Shown here: piece by piece, positions 10,468 to 18,366 of the stretch
How the letters are laid out: each line of letters opens with the position of its first letter
Position numbering within the stretch: the stretch's first letter is position 1
Assembly: GCF_000150275.1 (NCBI RefSeq)
Contig: NW_002060983.1
Location: 1 to 18,366 of the forward strand
Length of the DNA: 18,366 bases
Source: Trichoplax adhaerens
Lineage: Eukaryota; Animalia; Placozoa
Direction of reading: 5' to 3'
Made by a program: the position numbers and the translations under genes
Notes under the pieces: generated by a model
What the model was told of the DNA's origin: nothing
The model's input: the letters and a program-made list of their open reading frames with translations, nothing else
The model's database searches: none

Positions 10468-11429
10468 ACTCGCTAATTGTATTGAAGTCTCTTTAATATT
10501 TCGAATTCGTTTATTAGATGGATAAGTTCTAAATAATTCCGCACTGTTATGAGTAGCTTTTAACTTTAGAAAGTATAATTGAGCGTTTAGTGTCCAAAAA
10601 TGTTCCTTAATAGAAGAAGTGCCGGGAATTTATTCAGACTTTATAGAATAATAGTATACTTGCTGTAGTAGACCAGTTTTATTAAAGGACCATTAAATCA
10701 ATCACATACTGCCGTTTGATGTCATCTAATTTAATTATGGTAGTTAGGTTGAGAATTAAGGAAACTTTTTGTAACACAATTTCTTAAATGGAAATATTTG
10801 TATTTCAATATCGTTTTATCGTTTTCTTAAAATGCATATCCTAAAAAAAATAGCTCTTGATCTTTCTTAAAGATATTTAATTTTAATGCTAATATATTTC
10901 ATTTTTGTTAATCATGAATTGATTTGAAATAAATAATTAGCAGGATAAGTTTTTCTTAAATTTTGTTAGAGGATATACCGTAATAAATTAGTTCTATTAT
11001 TTTAGATAAAGTTACTAACATTTATAGATGCAGTTCAATTGAAAAGATAAAAAATTGTTGTATTTGCAGCTGCAATTTTATCTTTGAGAAAATTAAGCCA
11101 GAAAAATTTTGATTTGATCCTATCTCGTGTTTAGAAGCTTTAAAAATACTGTTCGCAATATTGGTTTTAGTCTAGGACAGCGAAAAATACTCCTTGTCTA
11201 AATTGAATTTCTAAAATTGGCTTTAATGTAAAAGATAATCTTTTAAATTATTTCAACAGTAAACTCGTAGATCTATGTTTTAATAAAATTGAACATGTTA
11301 AAAAAGACCAAATCAATAATGTGTCACAACTAGTCAACCTCGTATTGTTTAAGTTCAAAGTTACGTTTATTAAGTCCAAGTGTCAGTGTCACGGTGCTAA
11401 CTCACCGTACCAAAATAGTACATGCTTTG

Positions 11430-12120
11430 CGGCTACAATGATATTGTAAGCCGAGGAGTACGTAACCAGATATAAATTGTAGACGGTACGATTTAAATTG
11501 TGATGTGTTAAAGGTCATTTATATCTATAGTTGGATCAGTAGTATTCTAAGAAGTGTGTAAAAGCTTGTAGATAAAATCTATTTAAATGGTTCGACAAAT
11601 TAATAAAAGTTAGTTTTTAGTTCCTAAGGTTAAAAGTATAACAGAAATCGAAGACGTATGAATTATTGCAAGATCGTAGATTCGATCACAACGTTATCTT
11701 GTCGCACGGGAGTTTGAGGCAGTCTGAAAAGAATTTTAAATTCTTCCCCTCATAAGAACAGTTAGAAGTGGTTGAAATAAACCGGATAATGGAATTAGTC
11801 TCTACAATTACGAATGCATACAATTTATACCGTTCTAATTCCAATCATATACTTCCCTATCTACTAGTCTTTAATCACATTACTTTATTAAGAAAAAAAT
11901 TTTAAGCTACGAACTATCACTGTATTTCCCCAAAACAATTTTTGTGATTAGCAGAGATCATTACACTTCGAAATCGGTCACATTAGATTGATGATTTATT
12001 TACTAGGATATATCGAATTGAAATATCAATTTATTGAACGGCCTGCAGAAGTAAAATTTGGTAACTCATTTCTAATTGAGTTATTGGCTGTTTTTTATTA
12101 TAATGTCACAGTGTTCTATT
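11430..12120 (-). pseudogene. Decayed GPCR remnant (QDN subfamily)
   Basis: IINL/VTDF (11995-11970), DCLKLP/RQDNVV (about 11725-11687), AFTHF (equivalent to AYIPF, about 11565) and WL/YSSAYNIIV (about 11467-11434). Reverse-complement DNA similarity to 2665-2855. Confidence 0.5.
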
Positions 12121-12529
12121 CTTTGTTAGAGTAAAAAATCTATGTTAAGATAACTTTGTTAGCCTATTCTTATTTAGTTAACTTCTTAATTAGTTATACT
12201 TTGTTTTAATATAACACTAGCTTTTTATGACAGTGACATATATAACACTATTAACATAGGTGACAAAACATATACATATATTGAAATTAATAGTTATATT
12301 AGGGAATGTGAATTATCTACTTACATTTCAAATCGTTGTGATTGTAACTTAAAAATGGTAGGTTGTAAATTATCGTGGAAATGTTCCGTGATAGAACATA
12401 TCTTAATCTGACTATTCTGTATTAGTCATCAGACCTCTATGTTCGTAACTACTGTTATCTGCATTAGGGAGTAGTACCTAAAATTAATGTCTAGTTCAAT
12501 AAATAATTCCAAAGTTGATCGTACTAACT

Positions 12530-13110
12530 ATGACTTATGAACTATTGAGGAAGGGCATTTAAACGCAATATCGTGTAATAAAGTTAATTCTTAAACTTAG
12601 TATTTTAGGTAAAATGCGAGGCATCTAAGTCTTTGTTTAGTCTGCAAGTAGAGCAAAAGTATTTCTGATAGTGCAGATATTGTTCCTTGATACATGATTC
12701 AAGGAATTGACTTATTGATCATATACTACGTTATCTTGCTGCAAAGCTGTTTTATGACATATACATACTGTGATTATAGTCATCATTAATGATCAATTTT
12801 GATCTTATAGATATCATTCAAAAAGCTTAAGATAGGCGGATGAGCATGTAGTGATCACTATGTGATCTACTTTACTGGATATCTTTCTAGTATTCAGAAC
12901 CCTAGTCGACTGATCTAGACAATAAGTTGAATCTTCTACTTAATAACGGAATCTTAAATCTAATTTATCAACCGAATCGTTAAGCATTTTAATAGCTAAT
13001 TTAATGATATAACCGGTTAACTATATCAACGCTTCGTCAGGCTAAAGTTTAGCTATTTATGGTCGATATTTCACGCAAAATGCTTCATTTAGGACTTCCC
13101 TATACTCTAG
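12530..13110 (-). pseudogene. Decayed GPCR remnant (QDN subfamily)
   Basis: YIIKLAIK (13011-12988), HPPIL, DYNHSMY/ICHKTALQQDNVVYD (about 12781-12718), KDLDA (12634-12620) and CV*MPF (to 12550). Clear DNA match to 2701-2872, e.g. acaaagacttagatgcct vs acaaaaatttagacgcct. Confidence 0.6.
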
Positions 13111-13477
13111 TCTAGTTTTATTAAAAACAGAACTAATATGGGAAATATCCCCAATCATCGTTATTTCTTATTTAATACATTTAGTTTAAAATTTTAATCT
13201 AGAACATTCAAATTTTACTAATAAGGTTTATAATATATCGGCAGATAACAATATTAACTGCTAAACCAGTTCTCAACATCTATATTCGGGAATATACCGA
13301 TGATATCTAGGAATTACTATCTAAACGGAATAATATCTGTCCAGTTAATGTAAAAGCTTTATAAAGAAAACATTGATACGACCAGCTTCGGTACTGCTAT
13401 ATGTAATTATGGTATATTTAGTAGTAGCAATCGCTATACCTTAATATATACTAAATCTATATATTTACATATAGAAC

Positions 13478-13505
13478 TTGTCACGGTAATTTAATACCGT
13501 GACAA
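13478..13505. repeat. Perfect 11-bp stem-loop TTGTCACGGTA-atttaa-TACCGTGACAA, best copy of a dispersed hairpin family
   Basis: Read directly. Related copies at 3110-3132, 11387-11412, 12371-12393 and a degenerate one at 7864-7880. Confidence 0.8.
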
Positions 13506-14330
13506 AAATGAACCTTAATTAGTTGATTTTGAATAATCAGCAACGAAAATAGGTTGAGTATATAATTTAGCTGCCAAACCAGAGATTTAAGAAAACGATA
13601 TTAATAACATCAAATTTTTCTTGCATTTTGTAGTGTAACTAGCTAATACAAACAAAGATAAATGGAGAATATTTGCTACATTCACTCATGGATTACTTCT
13701 TTGCATTATTATTCTGTGAAATCTACAGTAAGGTAGCCGTAAATAAATATTAAAAGTAAGTCTTTAAAGATACAAGATTCCAAGTGTGTTCAATTATCAA
13801 TATTGCTCATCTTAAATTATTGAAATATTAAAATATCTAACCTTTGAATTTAGACCATCGTAAGAATAAAGATAAACTCTACTGCCATTTCAGTTGAAAT
13901 CTACAACCTTTACAAGATAACATTTATGATAAATTCTAGATGAATGTGAGGTTGATAGATCAAGAATCTTCAAAAACTTTAGTAAATTAAGATTTATTGA
14001 ACAAAACCTCCTTTACGAAGATACAACGTAATCAATTACCTGAGGACCTCTAACGAGAAAGAACTACCTTACTATACTAAACTACTCGCTTATATACCTT
14101 TCCGCGTTTACAGTCTTAGCACCTTACTTACTACACACTTCAGTATTAGCATCTTAAATGCAGGCTAGTTTACACCTTTCATGTGAAGCTCTAGTGTGAG
14201 CACTGTAGCGCTCCTCTTCAAAAGGATTACAGCTAATAAGCTAGCTATATTTAATACTTAAGCTTCTAACGAGTATATCTATCACATGTTGAACACAACA
14301 CCTACGGTAGACATTACTAAATATATCATC
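13480..14330 (+). pseudogene. Decayed GPCR remnant, near full length (NKY/QDN/AYIPF subfamily)
   Basis: GNLI (13485), NLAAK (13564), (W)RIFATFTHGLL...*NL/VAVNKY (13663-13750), FEFRP/LYCHFS*NLQPLQDNIYD (about 13843-13930), LAYIPF (14085) and SN(E)YIYHMLN/HLR/RHY (14265-14317). Motif order and spacing fit a class A GPCR. Confidence 0.65.
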
Positions 14331-14389
14331 AACTTAGAATACAATATTACACTGTCTTACAATGAAATTATCGATAAATAACAGCTATA

Positions 14390-14970
14390 TAGAACTATTT
14401 ATTTAGAAATTCAATATCAATGGCATTGATATTAGTTTTAGCTGGAATGAAATTTTTTCGTACAAATATCTTTAGTACTATCGTTGTGGATGTGATACAA
14501 TGGGTATATACTATGCTATTTTAAGACTAATTAAAATAGTAAGATTATATGCTTGCAAATCAATACCCAATATGACTACGAGGAAGTTAATATATGAGTA
14601 ATACTACTAGCTGTATTCGTATTACAGAATTAAATTTTGCCCAAAGCAAGTAGACCGTAATCTCTTATTATTTTATAAAGATTTTGTAAAGCTTTTGCTT
14701 TTACGATAATAACTGTTAGAAATTAGGTATGTTAATAGTTTGCTTAGAAATAAAATTGGAAATAAATTCTAATTACGTCGACTTAATGACATAATTTAAC
14801 ATATGTAAATCGACACAATCAGGAATCGTTTAATGAAGCATGTTAAAATTCTTTGTTAATACAGTATTTCAGTTCACACGTTAGATTCTAGCTATTTAAT
14901 AATTTGATTGATTTTTATGCCATAATTTTCATGCCAATAGATAATTAATAATCCAAGCCTATTATAAAAA
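14390..14970 (-). pseudogene. Decayed GPCR remnant (TM3 to TM7)
   Basis: IIGLDY*LSI (14965-14936), RFTYVKLCH (to 14786), INIP/LTVIIV (TM5), TILISLKIA*YIPI (to 14499) and a weak ILNF*I TM7. Confidence 0.45.
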
Positions 14971-15106
14971 TTTGTGGTCCTAGATTAAGCTATCACTTTT
15001 GGTAATAAATTTGGGGGTTTCTGATTTTCAAAGCACTTTATTATAGCAATAGTAATATCAATATTTTTGCTCACTAACGAAACAGGTTTGCTAGATGGCA
15101 GAGCCT

Positions 15107-16121
15107 TTATTCTTTTATTTTACTGTTACAAAGTAAAGATAAAAAGTTACGAGGTAATAGCATTAATTCCATTTTAAAACTTGCACTAGCAAATTTATAA
15201 AGCATTGCATTAATAATGAAAGGAATCATAGTAATAACTGCCGTAATACGAAAAACGGTCCAAAATTTTTATGACTACTTTCTGTAGAAATTTGAATCAT
15301 GAATTTTGTAAAAGAAAACATAAACCATTAAGTTGGCTAAGAAAGATAGCCGGTCATGACTAATACAGTGACAGTTAGTAAAATAGCTGTGCTTTGGCTT
15401 TTTCTTTTATATTCTTTAAAGAGTTAAGATTTTTATAATGAGTCATCTACAGGAGGGCTTATGCGGCATATTTTAAAATATTATTTGGTTGTAACATATA
15501 AATGCAGTTATAAACGGAAAAATAATGCCAACAGCAGTAAAGACGCTATCGATAAGAGCTGTGCAAACTATGTTCACTCTCATGAATACAGAAGTCCAGT
15601 CGTATGGTACGGTGTCTCTATAATCATAAACTAATATTACGCTAGCAGCAGTTGCAGCTACAATAGTCCGTACAACGATCAGAATGACTGCTGTTTTTTC
15701 TGCTCATGGAATCAACGAGCGGATATATGATCGCGTTATATCTTTCTGTACTAATAACTGCTAAAGTTAAAGTAGTCGATAATGTAGACGTACTTGAGAT
15801 GTAGACAGTGATTTTAAAGGTAATGCTTTGGTTAATAGGTAAATTACTCTAGCTAAATTTATGTTGGTGATAAATATGATTCTAAATAACTGCCGTAATA
15901 TTAAAATAAGTGGCTATCAGTAAATCAGAGAGCGCAAGGTTTGCAATTAATCTATTAAGTGGCTGCTTACGGAGACGTTGATTTGTGAAAACTTAAGAAC
16001 AGAAGGAAGTATAGAAGCCAAATTCGACCATTCCAGAAGATACCAGAATAATAATAAGGATATATTTATTAGTTACCGTGGCTACTAAAACCAGGCTACT
16101 GATAAAATTTAAGACTATCGT
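15107..16121 (-). pseudogene. Full-length GPCR pseudogene, paralog of 9424-10467
   Basis: Minus-strand translation gives VFTNQRLRKQPLNRLIANLALSDLLIA...TLTLAVISTERYNAIIYPLVDSMSRK / TAVILIVVRT...VPYDW...GIIFPFITAFICYNQII / ...KRKSQSTAILLTVTVL / ...FWTVFRITAVITMIPFIINAMLYKFASASFKMEL...KE* (TAA at 15109-15107). It has several stops, at least 3 frameshifts and no ATG, so the 5' boundary is approximate. Confidence 0.9.
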
Positions 16122-16689
16122 GGAAAGATGAGAAATTTGATAGTAAATTTTAACTCAGAAGCTGATTATTTGTTTTAATTTATGTCTGCAGGGTCTGATA
16201 ATGATTTTGAGATTACGATAGCGAATAATTAAATGATGGTCTATTAATATTGTTTATTACAGACTGATACCATGTCAATATTCTGCAAAGGCTTTAAATA
16301 TGGACGTTTGTAACCAGGTTGTGAAAAAATAACTCAATGCCAGTAGCTTAGGATAAGCAGAAATTTTTACAAATTTTAAAGCCTATTTAACCTAAGCAAA
16401 CAAGTTATTAAATGAGAATTTTATTTCTCAAAGATTAAAGAAAGTAAATTGAGTGAAAGAAGAGTAACAGCTTAAACTATTATATTATAAGCCGAGTTTG
16501 TAGGAAGAATATTTATAGGTATGTAAAATGTTTTTTAACCTGCTTGTTTGATAAAATATCTCTTTCAGAATCAGCCAATTATAATTGAGAATTTTTGCTT
16601 GAAATATCGCCGATTCTAAATTCTTGCATTTGTTGCTGCGAAGATTTTATATAGGGAAATTTCATGACTGGCTGTCTTCTACGTTCCCA

Positions 16690-16860
16690 GCTCCTCTTGC
16701 AATGACTGCGCTGCTAACATTAAATTTGTGCTAGTAAAGTTATATAAATAGGATTAATAATACAAGGATCTAGCCTAATTGCCTCGATAATTAGAAAATT
16801 TCAACGAAACTCGAATAATGCTTACGAAAATTTTTGCTTTGGCATAAAATATTGAACTTA
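16690..16860 (-). pseudogene. GPCR TM7/helix-8 fragment of the 9424 subfamily
   Basis: RKHYSSFVEIF*LS/AIRLDPCIINPI/YNFTSTN aligns with YKVHSSTFWKYFQAASIAMLVPCSLNPILYNFASSTF of the intact receptor. Confidence 0.7.
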
Positions 16861-17239
16861 CTGAAATATTTAAATAACAAACAGTGTATCTTCTTACTTA
16901 GACCGCAAGGTCAAATAATATTCAACGTCGTTTTTGATCATTACCTGGTCTCAAATAAAGACTAACGTAGGACTAACAGATATCGGTCAGATATTGACTA
17001 TTTCTTAAGTAGTCCAATTAGTACATTAGTCGGAGTACCTCGAAAATTTCCCGCATCTGCCCATGAATTACTTCTCATGCAAAACGTTAAATAGACTGAA
17101 TGGTAACAAGTCAAAAGAGGGCAATATAATTAGATCGAGAGGCGAAATAATAATAATTATTTTACCATTACAGTAAATCAATAAAATAGCAGACAATTCG
17201 GTCGGTTATCGGCTTTCAAAATCATGCTACAGTCAGCTA

Positions 17240-18100
17240 TTTTTTTTGGTAAGATTACTTATGAAATAGTGCAAGTGGTCAGTAATTTTAGAATTAAGTA
17301 TTATTAGATGATTAATATAACTACGTATTCTATGCAACCAACATAAATAGATTATGCAGATAAGAGATACTGCGAAATTAGATGTATGTATGAGCTTATA
17401 TTTATTGATTATTATTACTAACGCTGAATCATGACTTGCATACTTAGTAAAGAATTATTAATATTTTATACTGTATTCTATATAATGAGAAACTCTTTGA
17501 AGTTAGTTCCAAAGGTTAATTCGGCGGATGCTTTATGTTTTTCGTGTCTAAATAATAATTTATGGCATAAGTAGAATCTTAGCTCTCATTGTATTTATTA
17601 TTAATTTTTTTATCTTGTTTAGATAATTATATACTTGACCGTAATAATAAAATATTATCTGATTTCTATGCTCTTACGTGTTCAGATAATAGCAATTCTA
17701 CTTTATCGCACAGACTTTGTATACAAACGCTTTGATACTTCAATAAAAGAAGCATCTATGAATACAGTATACAGGATCAACTAAACTTTGATTGAATAAT
17801 TTCGTCTTAAACTCTTCAATCAGGATTTACTGATATCCATTATTTTCAATAAAATATTTTTCTGTCGACTGCGATGATAGCCATAAAAAACAATTTTTGA
17901 TTGATACCATTTATTTTTTTCAAAGTCTAATCAGATGCGTTTAATTAATTGGTATGGATTTGTTTTGTAATGAAATGAAAAGTGTAGAGATCAAGCTACG
18001 AAACTTTAACAAACTTTCATTCTACTTTCGTTGCACTCCGGTCGACTTAACGCTAATACTTTCACACCAAATAAAATTTGGAGAAATAACCGAACAACAA
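17240..18100 (-). pseudogene. Decayed GPCR remnant (DR-type)
   Basis: FVKVS*LDLY (TM2-like, about 18012-17983), L*K/INGINQKLFFMAIIAVDR (MAIIAVDR at 17884-17861), ILLMP*III (TM5-like) and CWLHRIRSYINHLII (TM7-like, about 17343-17299). The TM3-TM7 spacing of about 550 nt matches the intact receptors. Confidence 0.55.
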
Positions 18101-18366
18101 TTTATTTTAAAACAAAATGGAGAGAAGTATAAACCGAATAACTTTACAAATACTTAGCTTTAAGTATTATTAAAATAAATGACAGACTTTAAAACTTTCA
18201 ACGACCAAACAACCTTTCAAAAAGAAGAATGTTTTAACTTACGACAATTCGACCCCGAAGGCCTTTTAAATTCAACAAGTTCTTCAAATAAAATCTTCTT
18301 CTACTCTCTCTCTAAATTTTCTAATTGCACTATCATTTATAGGCTTCGTAGAGCCGTCAGAGGTAT

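Noticed and set aside
3110-13505. Hairpins as CRISPR repeats or intrinsic terminators
   Set aside because: Eukaryotic context, kb-scale irregular spacing, no cas genes and no consistent U-tract.
16200-16680. Further GPCR remnants here and at about 7860-8300 and 10650-11300
   Set aside because: Only isolated motif-like words (e.g. ILSYW, LTSCDTLL), too weak to list as features without an HMM search.
17954-18157. 67-aa plus-strand ORF
   Set aside because: No recognisable homology, and it lies antisense to a probable GPCR remnant.

Overview
AT-rich eukaryotic (animal) genomic DNA with one assembly gap (N run 5470-5717). The base composition and the intronless, divergent receptors suggest an early-branching metazoan such as a placozoan; this is inference only. 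The window is a cluster of single-exon rhodopsin-like (class A) GPCR genes. Two are intact (343-1362 +, 9424-10467 -) and one runs into the gap (4506->5469 +, a tandem paralog of the first). One clear full-length pseudogene missed by the ORF track lies at about 15107-16121 (-) and is a paralog of the 9424 gene. Manual frameshift-tolerant translation suggests that most of the 'intergenic' DNA is also made of heavily decayed GPCR copies, roughly 14 remnants on both strands. Many belong to a subfamily with no intact member here (TM3 'NKY', ECL2 'YN....CH....QDN', TM6 'AYIPF'). A recurrent TCACGGT..ACCGTGA stem-loop sits at the TM1 position of several remnants, and a probable decayed MITE with a CCAAT box lies at about 6013-6180. 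Remnant boundaries are approximate and were read by eye.
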